Assembly (NCBI GenBank): GCA_964523525.1
Contig: CAZFYO010000002.1
Span: 133,038 to 197,037 of the forward strand
DNA: 64,000 nucleotides
Direction: 5' to 3'
Source: an uncultured Elusimicrobia bacterium
GTDB taxonomy: Bacteria > Elusimicrobiota > Elusimicrobia > 2-02-FULL-39-32
Part shown: in pieces, positions 26,081 to 35,461 of the stretch
How the letters are laid out: each line of letters opens with the position of its first letter
Numbering within the stretch: position 1 is the first letter of the stretch
Position numbers and translations under genes: made by a program
The notes under the pieces: model-generated
Told to the model about the DNA's origin: nothing
Database searches by the model: none
What the model saw: only the letters and a program-made list of their open reading frames with translations

Positions 26081-29000
26081 TCAAGCTTGTTTCGCAATCA
26101 ATTCAGCGTCGCGCCAGATATTATCGATGTCGTTGCCATCGATCAGAGGCATGGCCTGAAAAAGGTCATTGATCACAAGTATCATTCCCTGCTTCAGCAG
26201 AGAAATCTGGGGCAGCACGGAGTATCCGGATAAATTCCCCATGAGGCCGCGATGAACGATGAAGACGTGCGTGCCGAAACCTTCCCGGCGGACACCTTCC
26301 GTCAAAGCATCCAATGCATTCCAGTTGACGTTCCAACCAGAAACCTCGTGCAGCGGATCAAACAAATTCTCGCTGCCCATAAAGAGCACTCGGACGATAC
26401 CTAACTCTCTTGCATATTGGGCGATGCGGTCCTTTTGATCCTGCGATAGGCCCGGCGCAAAAAAGCCAACTGCCGGCGCGTCGCGGCTGAGCTCTTCCGG
26501 ACGCTCTAACCTAGATAAAACGTTCATTGCAAACTCCTCGGCATCGGCACTCGGCGGAATTACGACGCCGATAAAGGGACGCTTGCTTTCCGAAAGAACG
26601 GTCGACAAGCGGCCGCCGATATCGGAGAATTCAACACCATTTAGAATCGCATCCACCGCATCGCGCAGAACCTGATCTATCGCGGGCGTTTTCGCAGAAT
26701 ATTTTGATTGACCCATCCCGCGTTTGATCCGAATCTGCTTTGCGATTTCGCGGACGAGAACATCCTGATCCAAGACCTTGGAAACGCCAGGCAGGGCTGC
26801 GTGATGCAAGACGCCACCCAAATCTTCCACACCGGATTTCTCAACCGGGCCAAGGATGGCGCCGATATGCGGCTCATCGCCGCTAACCAACAGACGCGCG
26901 ACGATTTCTTCCGGGGATGCGCTCCACCTCTCAGGAATGACACTTATCAAAGAACGGACCCAGCGAATCAAATTCGTTACAGGCCGATGAATCGCGTATA
27001 TATAAAGCGTTTGAAATCCTCTGTCCGTAAGAAATTGAGCAAATGAAAGAGACCGGTTCATCTTCAGGCGTATGAACTCGTGCCGATCAAAAATTGTTTC
27101 CAGCACCTGCGTACGAAGCGAAGCCAAGTCGGGCGACTCAGGATCAGATGAAATAAGACGCACGAGCCATTCCGAAATTTCCAACGTTTGGCGGCCATTT
27201 TCATTGATCACGCGAGCCTCTGCCTTGCCGCGATGTCCAAGATATGAATTAACGCGCACCTCAACGCTGTCCCACAGGCCACCTTCAAGAAGATGATATC
27301 CCGCTAATATATGCCTCAAGCGCTCAATGGCAAATAATTTTTCTGCGGAAGTTACAGGTTCGGACGAAACACTAAATGAAATTTTGGCCTTTTCAACCCA
27401 TCTGCGCTCTCTGCCGAAAGCTATACTTTGCAAGGCGAACAAGGACGCCGTGGTGAAGGAGAAAATCACAAACGACGGGCGCAGAAAATCCGGCACCGAT
27501 AAGCCCGATACCTGCCCCGCGAGAAGAAGAGCGGACTCCAGGGTAAACAGCAGGCCAGCAGAACCCGCGACAAAGCCGAAAGCGCGGCCCGCCCTCCGGA
27601 CATGGACCAGATCGTATGGCGAACCTGATTCCGCCGCGCGCTCCATCAGCCGATCAGAGCGGTTGCGGAGCCTGTCTGCCTCGGAAAGATATGCATCGCG
27701 AACCCGGTCGATGGAGGTTTGTGACGCCTGTCGACGCAATACGCTGATCGCAGCGCGAACAGCCGCATCAAATTCTCCTGCAGCGGCGCGGGGATCGCTG
27801 GACCAGCGCTCTTGCATTCTGATATCCGCCGCCGCTAAATTCTCCCAGCGCGCCAGGGTGTCCCGGATATACAACGGCCGATCCTCCCGGACGACAGCAA
27901 TGAGCTCGTCAGTACCGATCTTGAAAATATCTTCCGGTTTTTCCAAAATCCCCTTCGCAACTGCGAGTCGGCCCTGATTCAGCATCATTCGAGCGATTTT
28001 CCTCTGAAACGGAACGATCAGGTGGTGTCCGTCTTCGCGCAGGACGATCTCCATCCGCGACAAGGCGAGGATCACTTTTAGTTCAGGAAGCTTTTCAAAT
28101 ATATGCCTCGCATTTTGCTCATATCGGCCCGTTTCTTCCGATTGAGCCAAGAGCTGTTCGAGGACATCCGGAATTCTCGCTTCGATCTCTGCCGGGGAAA
28201 TGGAATTCATAGCAAGGACTTTGATATTCCCCATGGCTTCAGTGTTCCCGGTTTCAAAATCAGGATATTTGGACTCGAAGGCCAGTAGGCGTGCCCGGCT
28301 GGCGATCAGATCATAGAGAACCGGATCCTGGCCGCGAATTTTCTCGGCATCGTAGTCCTCCCAGCCGGAAAAAAGCCGGGCCAGCAACGGTATGCCGATG
28401 GTCGCGCCGCTTTTCAACCGGCCGTGCAGGTCCATGAGATACCGCGGCGTATCATCCAAAAGCTCGATATGCTCGCGCGTTTCCTTGTATTTGTCGGACC
28501 ATCCCCGAACCGCGTTCAGGATTTCAGGCGCGCCCATCTCCAACCTTTGTGCAATAGCAGCTGCCGCATCAACCCGGTTATCATTATTCAATTCAAACGC
28601 CGCCACAGCTGAAGGCGTCCGGCGGATTCGTTCCAGCAAGGCATAAATTTCCTTATCCTTGGCCCGAGACAACTCCAGCACCCAGCCTGGCTTGATGTCG
28701 CTTCGGAATGGATTAATGCTGCCGGATGGCAAGATGTCCGACACCGCAACGTCCCTTAAGTACGGATGCAGCTCCTTATGCAGATAAACGAGCCGGGGAC
28801 GGACGAGGTTTTCATCAACGATGACATCCAGCCAGAAACCGATGTGCATCCACACAAACGCATCAATCAACGCGTCTACCATCGCATCGACGTTTGAAGA
28901 ATCTAGGGTCTCGATGGATTCCGTGAACATCGCGAACTGCTGAAATCCCCTCCACCGGGCTTCATAGAGGTCTAAATAATCCTCCAGCGACAGGCCTTCG

Positions 29001-32000
29001 AGCCCGGAGAAAAAATGATAGATGTCTGCCGGATCGTTAGGAACCACCTGATGAAATAATGAAAGGCCCTTGGGCTCTGCTTTGATTTCGCGGCGCTGCG
29101 AGACCAGACGGAACGGGCTCCGCTCACCGTACGTCCCATTGAAAAAATCCGTCAGTTTATCCCAGGCCTTGTAATAGTAATCGAGCTGGAACCAGCCAAA
29201 CCCATCTGACCGGCGGCGCCACTCCCCTTCAAAATCATCTCCAAAAACCTCGGGCCGCTTGAGCTTGCTATCGGCCCAAGACCGAAATATTTCGTGAATT
29301 TCCTGACGCCCTTTAATCACGCTAAAAATGTCGGGATCTACGTTCCATATATTCAAATCCCGCTCTTCAATCAGGATGGGCATTTCGCCGAGGTATATCC
29401 TGCGGTGGTCCGCATCCAACGTGACGACCTGTCCGTTCCATTTTTTCAGGACATCAATGGCTTCGGCAGCGCCCACGATGCAGGGGATTCCTATGGCCTG
29501 GGCATTTTGCGCTGCGTGGGACGTAACCCCGCCATCCGTGGTCACCACCGCGGCCAGTTTTGCAAACACGGCATTCCACTCGTTGTTGGTATGGTGCGTC
29601 ACAAGAATCGCCCCCGGCGTTGCATCGCGATGCTGGTCCGTTGACTCTATGATTTGCAAGCGGCCGACCACTGCCCCCGTGTTTGCGATTCGGGATGACG
29701 CTCCCAATGTAACCTGGGGAGCCGACCGGGCGGTTTCCGATTTATCATCTACAACCGATACGGAAATCGTAAACTGGCCGCCGCTTTTATTTGCAGCTTT
29801 CACTGCCTTAGGTCGGGCCTGAAGGATATAAAGTTCACCATTCTCGCCAAAACAAAATTCGATATCGAGTTGCTCCGCCCAGTCCTTGTTCAGATAGTGT
29901 CTTTGAAGGTTCCCCGATAGGAGGCTCAACCTCAAAACCTCCACGTCACTCAAACTGGGGTCATCTCCAATTATGGACTCTTCGCGAACCCCGCCGCCCC
30001 TGCCCGCCGCAATGCGCGCCCGCTTAGGCACGATCGACTTGTCGAAAATAACGTCGCCCATATATCCCGTTATCCACCGATCACTGCCATAGCTGTTCTG
30101 CTGAACGACGCCTTCCCCAAGGCCGGGCTGGGCTTCAATGACGTGGAGAGGCCACTGCGTTTCATCATGCACCGTGAATAGCACTCCTGCGGCCTTGGGA
30201 TCCACGAATTGCTGGAGAACGACCGCCATTCGCGCCTCTTTTTCCGAAAAGCCGAGTGTTTTGCGGTGAGTGACGAACTCCTTCGAATAAAGACTGGCCC
30301 AGACTTTCTTGATATCGGAAAACAGTTCTTCTTCTGTGATGATGTGCAGGAAGGATTGCGCGAGCCCCGCGGCGGAGGAGCCCTCGATATCTTCAACGTT
30401 GGCGGAACTACGCGCCGCGACATCGCGGCCCAGTTTTCGAAAAACGTCGCTCAGCCCCTTTCGGAGCCCGACAGGCATTTCCATACGGGTGATACGTGTC
30501 CTGAGTGCCGAGGCCGTTTCCTCAATGCCGTTCTCGGACGATTCGGATTCCAGTTTTTCCACCAACCTTGAGACTTCCGGATCCGCGAGAACATAGCGTT
30601 CAAACGCGGCAGTGGTCAGCACTTCGGTCTCCGGAACCTTGAAATGAAGCCCATCTCGATTCCTGTAAACTTTGGAGATATCCCGGAGACGGTGCAGATT
30701 TAACCCCTTGCCCCCCACGAGGTGCAATCTGCCGGACATGGGATGCGCGGCCGGCAAAATGTCTGTGACCTGTGACCATATATCATCGTTTCCAAAATAG
30801 GGAGCAACCAGGTCCTGGGCGAAGTCCCGGGGCCCACGCAGGAAGCGGGCGCGGACCTTGTCCCAGTTTTCGAAGCGCATCAAATCGGAATCTGCGCCGT
30901 CATAATCCGGAGCCTGGCCCGAGACACCCAGGTTATCAATCGCGCGTTTCCGGGCTCCTTGCTTGCGGGTAATGATGCGGGATATTTCATTTTCTTCCGC
31001 AGCATTCAAGACATACACCATGAGCGTGGACTCGTCGTTCGAATCCATTGGAAATACGTAAGGAATTCCCGTCCGAGCCCGAACCTCCTCAGCTGCCGAC
31101 TGAACCGGGGACCGGGTGCGTTGAGGATTGACCGAATAGAGGCTCAGGCACCGCGTAAAAGAATTGTAGTCAGCGAAGATTTTTTCGCCGCGGAATCGGG
31201 AGGAGAAATCTCTCAAAATTTCGCGAAGCATTTCTTCTTCCAATTCACTGAAGGCAAAGAAATCATAGCTGATCATCCCGGTCCGAAAAGAACCGGCGCT
31301 ACCCACCGTTTCCAGCCTGCGGAGATCAGGCGTAATGCCCACTTCTTCCTGAACCGCGCGAGCAGCGGCGGCTTCCAGGGTCTCGCCATCTTTCGGTTTT
31401 CCATTGGCGGACACTGTCCACTTGTAGGGAAACGACCGCTTGAAGGCGCCGCGTTGCTGCAAAAGCACTTTACGACGGCTGGAATCCATGACCAGAATCT
31501 GGACCGAACGGCCACTGGTGCCTTGAGTCCAGCTTCCGCCACTCAGCGCTTTGGCGAAGAGCCGGGAAACGTAGCGCAGAGATAAGAGCTTATCCCGCAT
31601 ATCCAGCGCCGAACCAAACGCCAGGTTTCTCTCCATCTGGCTCTGAATTTCCTGGCCGGCTGTTCTGGATCCGGCGAAGTCCCCTTCGCCAAAACGTTCT
31701 CGCATTTTCTTCGCGCGCTCTACCTGCCCTTCCTGCACCGCACGGCGAACATCATCCCTGAGTTTATTTTCGGGCACGGAATACAGGAACTCCGCTGCAG
31801 TGCGATCAACTACCGGAAAGGATCCTCCAGCGGAGCGCATGATTCGCCTGTCCTGCCAACTTGCGGTAAAATAATCCGAACCCTGCGGCACATAGGCAAA
31901 GACGACTCCTCCTTTAGGCACACCGCTGACCGCCATAGAAAAATTTCCATAGGCTTCAAACAGATGAAATGCGGGCTTCTGGACATTGCGCAGCATTTCA

Positions 32001-35000
32001 AACTGAAGCGCTCCCACCGAAAACAGGTAATCCGCACCATTCACTGCAGCAAAAGCTTCTCCGGAAAGGCGGCTCATGTCGGTACCCTCATGCGGCGGAC
32101 CGTTCCCAATTAGATTAAAGCGCCCCTTCTCCTGCAGTCCCCTCAGCGGCTCAAAAATCGGGTCTTCCAGTATTTCAAGGGTACTCAAATAACTGAGATC
32201 AGTCCGGTAATTCGCCCTTTTGGGAATGAAGTTGATGCTCAAATTGGGACTCTCCAGCAGCATCTCCATCGCAAGTTTTAGAACGAGGACCGATTCGCCG
32301 TTGTCATCCGGCAGCCAGGCAACCGTAACGGGGGTTTTTGCATTCAGGACGGAGTTTTCGAAATGCGAATATGCGTCAATTGCGGGGACAGTGCTATCGA
32401 AGGACGCGAGCTTTTCCATGTTTGCCACGGCGATGGCATCCGCGGTACCAGACTCGCGCCCGTCATACATTTCGTATTTTAGGATTTCAAAAACACGCGC
32501 TGAACGCAGGAGGAGTTGGCGGACGGATAATCCCGGCTCGAATCGACGCAGCATAGCCAATGCGGTCGCATTGGAAAGATCGTTGCGCTCGCGGTAGGGA
32601 TCGAAATCGGGGTCCTGGATTTTTCCAGTCGCAATGATCTCTATGATTTGCATCGTGAGCAGGCCTCGTTGCCAAGTCGTAAGGCCGGACTCCAGGGAGG
32701 AACCGTCATCCATGGGAATTTTCCAGGCCAGTTCCAGGAGTTCCAGCCCGCGGGCCGTTAAGGTTGAAAGCGCTCGATCCTTGTCCTTCCGGCGCATCAG
32801 ACCGTTGGAAATTTTCTGATCCAGCCAAAGCGAAAGATCCCTTTCGATGAGCTTGCGTCCGACGATCCTATCTTCGCTCTCTTTTTCCATCCCGGCAACG
32901 TCGCCGGCAAGGTATGCGCTTGAAACATAACCACGGCCTACAATTTGCTCGAGGTCATGATTAGCCGCGGAAGGTGGTGACCGCGGCAGAAGGGTTTCCA
33001 GAATACGCCGGCGCTTGGCGGAGATGTCACGATATTGAATGGATTCTTTCCAGCCGAGATCTTTTTTAAGGATGTCATAAAGTTCGTGAATGGCGCTTTC
33101 AGATGACTGAAACTCGTTTACCGACGGTCTCACCTGATCCGAGATTGTGCCAGAGGATCTGAACTGACTGACAAAAACAAACGCATCAAATGCAATGTGG
33201 GCTGCGATTGCGGGCAGGGGATGAACGGCATACATCAGAAAAAGTGCGGACGAGCCCCATTGCAGGCGGCTCCAGGGAGAACCGCGCACCCGTCGCGGCG
33301 CGAGCGCGATAAAATATGGAACGTGCATGGCAGCGTACAGAGAGATCACGGCGAGGAATACCGGAGGCTCCAGCCAGCCCGGAAGGAGCCAGGCGCCCAA
33401 TATGATTTCTGCAAACGTTCCCGCCGCCCCTATCGCGGCAAGATGCGCGCGATTTCTCACTCCTGCCACTTGAGCAGCCAAATACGCCATTGAATTCGCG
33501 GCCGCGACTCTCGAACTGAAAATGGCCATCCGGGCGTCGACAAAAAGTGACAGAATTCGGCTGACCCCGGTAAATCCGGCACCTGCCTCATCCACGTTCA
33601 TTTGGCCCGTATCGGGGTCCTTTGAAACTGAATACTTCATGGATCCGTTGGGGCCCGAGACGGAAACCCGGACCCGTCCGGGCCCGGCATCTTGCAGCCG
33701 GGCCGTGAAGCCATTGGCCGCTTCGCCCAGCGCCATGGACATACCGGCATCCACCTCCCGGGCGTCGAGATGAGTATCTGCCCCGTTCGCGATTTCTTCA
33801 AGGGCGAGCCGATCAATCGCAGCGGATCGTTGCGCTTCTAAAGTCCATGGCTCGATTGAGACGAAAAGTTTTTCACCGCTAAAAAGCTTTTCGATGGGGG
33901 TTTTCTCCCGGGCGAAAATGGAAAGATATTGCGCGCCGCCGAAGGTTTCAATCTTTTCGACTTTCGGTGAAAGCGTCAGCACCGCTACGCCGGATGCAGA
34001 GATATCTTTTTCGATAGCGGACGAATGAAAGCCTCCCGCGACCAGCACCGCAACGTTGCTCCCGCGCTCCTTCATCTCCCGCAGGAGCTTGAAAGACATG
34101 GCGCGATCGCGAAGAGTCGCCTCTCTGAAAAACTCCTCAAACATCGCGAGCTCCGGATCTTTGCCTGCCAGAGATTGATACGCTCTCCACTCCCCGGGTG
34201 AGAGGGAATAGTCCAGAAGCCGGCCAGTTAGTCCCGCTGCGCGGGACTGCTCCAGTAGCCTTTTCTCATCCTCGGACCGGACCAGAACCCTGTATGCGGA
34301 GGCCTCCAACGCCCCCAGTTGATCAAAAAATTTATCTGAGCGGATCCCGTCCGACAGTGCGGCGTATCGGACGTACCGGACCAACTCCGGAAATTCAGAA
34401 AACCGGACGCCGTGCTTTTTCCCTATGCTCTCCAGCCGGCCGTAAAATTCCGAATGGTCAAGCTTGCCACATCGGTAAGCAATCGCAGCGTTTGCAAGAT
34501 TCTCGGATTCCCTCCGACCGATCGAGCGCGCCAGCTGCCCAAGAAAATCGCCGCGCTGTTTTTCCACCGCTCTGAAATCTATAGAAGATTCCATGTTCAG
34601 GACAACCAAAAATTTCCGCACTTCGTCGGAGTCCTCCGCCAGAGGTGTGACTGCAGCCAGGGCCCGGACGTACTGGCCCAGCGGGATCTTTTCGCCGCGA
34701 TGAGACTGCACCACCCTGTCGAACGCGAGGAGCCGGGGATTGAACGTCTCGAGTTTCCGGCGCTCCAGTTGCAGCTGAACTCGCTTCAGCTGCCGAAGTC
34801 GCGCGGGCGCGGCCGCGAAAGAACCGAGATAGGCGCTCACGTTCGCCGCGTAGCGCTGGCGGTCGTCCACGCCGGTAAAAATAGGAGCCCTGCGCGCGGT
34901 CAGGCCGGCATGCACGGGGCCGGTAATTTTATTTTTCTTCAGAAGGAAATCAGCGACTGTAACTGTCGATTCCAGCTTACCGGATGATCTGAATTTTTCC

Positions 35001-35461
35001 AGATCCAACGGACCAAAGGCGCCCTCGAGCGCAACGAAGTCGACACCGCCCTCATTGATCAGCTGGTGAACAGATGCTGATATATTTTTTTGAGCATCCT
35101 CATTCAGGTGAATGTCCTGAATATGGATCACGACAGGCTGTCCGGCTTTCCAACCGGGAGGAACCAGAGCCCTGCGAAGGTTTGAGAATTCAAGCGGCAG
35201 CCGCGGCAAATCTCCGGCAATTCCTGACAGGTCCTCGCGCGCATTCAAATCGGCAGAACGCAACGGGCGTAGGCCCGGCATAGCCACTGAAGGAGCGGAC
35301 GGGGCGGCCGCTTCTATCCAATGATTCACGGATCTAGCCTGATTGGCCAGGAGCAATGGGGCGGTTACAAAGTTTTGCAGGAGGCACGCGGCCAGAAAGA
35401 CCGCGAAAAGTTTGCGGCAGGGGTTCTGTCGGTGGGAAGTTCCGGCTAAGCGGAGACCCAT
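26081..35461 (-). CDS. giant multidomain membrane protein 1 (3126 aa). It has a signal anchor, a paralogous N-terminal domain, a TM cluster, a possible DUF89-like domain, a NUDIX domain and a PEP-utilising dikinase-like module
   Basis: Uninterrupted 9.38-kb ORF. The ATG at 35461 overlaps the stop of giant gene 2 by 16 nt. Domains were assigned from motifs read in the translation (see the separate entries). Confidence 0.85.
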   Translation of the reverse strand: MGLRLAGTSHRQNPCRKLFAVFLAACLLQNFVTAPLLLANQARSVNHWIEAAAPSAPSVAMPGLRPLRSADLNAREDLSGIAGDLPRLPLEFSNLRRALVPPGWKAGQPVVIHIQDIHLNEDAQKNISASVHQLINEGGVDFVALEGAFGPLDLEKFRSSGKLESTVTVADFLLKKNKITGPVHAGLTARRAPIFTGVDDRQRYAANVSAYLGSFAAAPARLRQLKRVQLQLERRKLETFNPRLLAFDRVVQSHRGEKIPLGQYVRALAAVTPLAEDSDEVRKFLVVLNMESSIDFRAVEKQRGDFLGQLARSIGRRESENLANAAIAYRCGKLDHSEFYGRLESIGKKHGVRFSEFPELVRYVRYAALSDGIRSDKFFDQLGALEASAYRVLVRSEDEKRLLEQSRAAGLTGRLLDYSLSPGEWRAYQSLAGKDPELAMFEEFFREATLRDRAMSFKLLREMKERGSNVAVLVAGGFHSSAIEKDISASGVAVLTLSPKVEKIETFGGAQYLSIFAREKTPIEKLFSGEKLFVSIEPWTLEAQRSAAIDRLALEEIANGADTHLDAREVDAGMSMALGEAANGFTARLQDAGPGRVRVSVSGPNGSMKYSVSKDPDTGQMNVDEAGAGFTGVSRILSLFVDARMAIFSSRVAAANSMAYLAAQVAGVRNRAHLAAIGAAGTFAEIILGAWLLPGWLEPPVFLAVISLYAAMHVPYFIALAPRRVRGSPWSRLQWGSSALFLMYAVHPLPAIAAHIAFDAFVFVSQFRSSGTISDQVRPSVNEFQSSESAIHELYDILKKDLGWKESIQYRDISAKRRRILETLLPRSPPSAANHDLEQIVGRGYVSSAYLAGDVAGMEKESEDRIVGRKLIERDLSLWLDQKISNGLMRRKDKDRALSTLTARGLELLELAWKIPMDDGSSLESGLTTWQRGLLTMQIIEIIATGKIQDPDFDPYRERNDLSNATALAMLRRFEPGLSVRQLLLRSARVFEILKYEMYDGRESGTADAIAVANMEKLASFDSTVPAIDAYSHFENSVLNAKTPVTVAWLPDDNGESVLVLKLAMEMLLESPNLSINFIPKRANYRTDLSYLSTLEILEDPIFEPLRGLQEKGRFNLIGNGPPHEGTDMSRLSGEAFAAVNGADYLFSVGALQFEMLRNVQKPAFHLFEAYGNFSMAVSGVPKGGVVFAYVPQGSDYFTASWQDRRIMRSAGGSFPVVDRTAAEFLYSVPENKLRDDVRRAVQEGQVERAKKMRERFGEGDFAGSRTAGQEIQSQMERNLAFGSALDMRDKLLSLRYVSRLFAKALSGGSWTQGTSGRSVQILVMDSSRRKVLLQQRGAFKRSFPYKWTVSANGKPKDGETLEAAAARAVQEEVGITPDLRRLETVGSAGSFRTGMISYDFFAFSELEEEMLREILRDFSSRFRGEKIFADYNSFTRCLSLYSVNPQRTRSPVQSAAEEVRARTGIPYVFPMDSNDESTLMVYVLNAAEENEISRIITRKQGARKRAIDNLGVSGQAPDYDGADSDLMRFENWDKVRARFLRGPRDFAQDLVAPYFGNDDIWSQVTDILPAAHPMSGRLHLVGGKGLNLHRLRDISKVYRNRDGLHFKVPETEVLTTAAFERYVLADPEVSRLVEKLESESSENGIEETASALRTRITRMEMPVGLRKGLSDVFRKLGRDVAARSSANVEDIEGSSAAGLAQSFLHIITEEELFSDIKKVWASLYSKEFVTHRKTLGFSEKEARMAVVLQQFVDPKAAGVLFTVHDETQWPLHVIEAQPGLGEGVVQQNSYGSDRWITGYMGDVIFDKSIVPKRARIAAGRGGGVREESIIGDDPSLSDVEVLRLSLLSGNLQRHYLNKDWAEQLDIEFCFGENGELYILQARPKAVKAANKSGGQFTISVSVVDDKSETARSAPQVTLGASSRIANTGAVVGRLQIIESTDQHRDATPGAILVTHHTNNEWNAVFAKLAAVVTTDGGVTSHAAQNAQAIGIPCIVGAAEAIDVLKKWNGQVVTLDADHRRIYLGEMPILIEERDLNIWNVDPDIFSVIKGRQEIHEIFRSWADSKLKRPEVFGDDFEGEWRRRSDGFGWFQLDYYYKAWDKLTDFFNGTYGERSPFRLVSQRREIKAEPKGLSLFHQVVPNDPADIYHFFSGLEGLSLEDYLDLYEARWRGFQQFAMFTESIETLDSSNVDAMVDALIDAFVWMHIGFWLDVIVDENLVRPRLVYLHKELHPYLRDVAVSDILPSGSINPFRSDIKPGWVLELSRAKDKEIYALLERIRRTPSAVAAFELNNDNRVDAAAAIAQRLEMGAPEILNAVRGWSDKYKETREHIELLDDTPRYLMDLHGRLKSGATIGIPLLARLFSGWEDYDAEKIRGQDPVLYDLIASRARLLAFESKYPDFETGNTEAMGNIKVLAMNSISPAEIEARIPDVLEQLLAQSEETGRYEQNARHIFEKLPELKVILALSRMEIVLREDGHHLIVPFQRKIARMMLNQGRLAVAKGILEKPEDIFKIGTDELIAVVREDRPLYIRDTLARWENLAAADIRMQERWSSDPRAAAGEFDAAVRAAISVLRRQASQTSIDRVRDAYLSEADRLRNRSDRLMERAAESGSPYDLVHVRRAGRAFGFVAGSAGLLFTLESALLLAGQVSGLSVPDFLRPSFVIFSFTTASLFALQSIAFGRERRWVEKAKISFSVSSEPVTSAEKLFAIERLRHILAGYHLLEGGLWDSVEVRVNSYLGHRGKAEARVINENGRQTLEISEWLVRLISSDPESPDLASLRTQVLETIFDRHEFIRLKMNRSLSFAQFLTDRGFQTLYIYAIHRPVTNLIRWVRSLISVIPERWSASPEEIVARLLVSGDEPHIGAILGPVEKSGVEDLGGVLHHAALPGVSKVLDQDVLVREIAKQIRIKRGMGQSKYSAKTPAIDQVLRDAVDAILNGVEFSDIGGRLSTVLSESKRPFIGVVIPPSADAEEFAMNVLSRLERPEELSRDAPAVGFFAPGLSQDQKDRIAQYARELGIVRVLFMGSENLFDPLHEVSGWNVNWNALDALTEGVRREGFGTHVFIVHRGLMGNLSGYSVLPQISLLKQGMILVINDLFQAMPLIDGNDIDNIWRDAELIAKQA
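29380..30715 (-). other. PEP-utilising-enzyme module inside giant protein 1: ATP-grasp nucleotide-binding domain plus phosphohistidine swivel domain, with no PEP/pyruvate TIM-barrel domain
   Basis: The VGGKGLNL glycine loop sits at 30700-30717. The …DIEFCFGENGELYILQARP motif ends the ATP-grasp part. The swivel domain reads GAILVTHHTNNEW…VVTTDGGVTSHAAQNAQAIGIPCIVG, with the catalytic His codon at 29516-29518. Confidence 0.75.
31130..31530 (-). other. NUDIX hydrolase domain inside giant protein 1 (non-canonical box with RA in place of RE)
   Basis: The Nudix box is GKPKDGETLEAAAARAVQEEVGI at about 31332-31401, matching Gx5Ex7R[E→A]UxEExGU, and is preceded by a VLLQQRGAFKRSFPYKWTVSANG strand. 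Confidence 0.55.
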
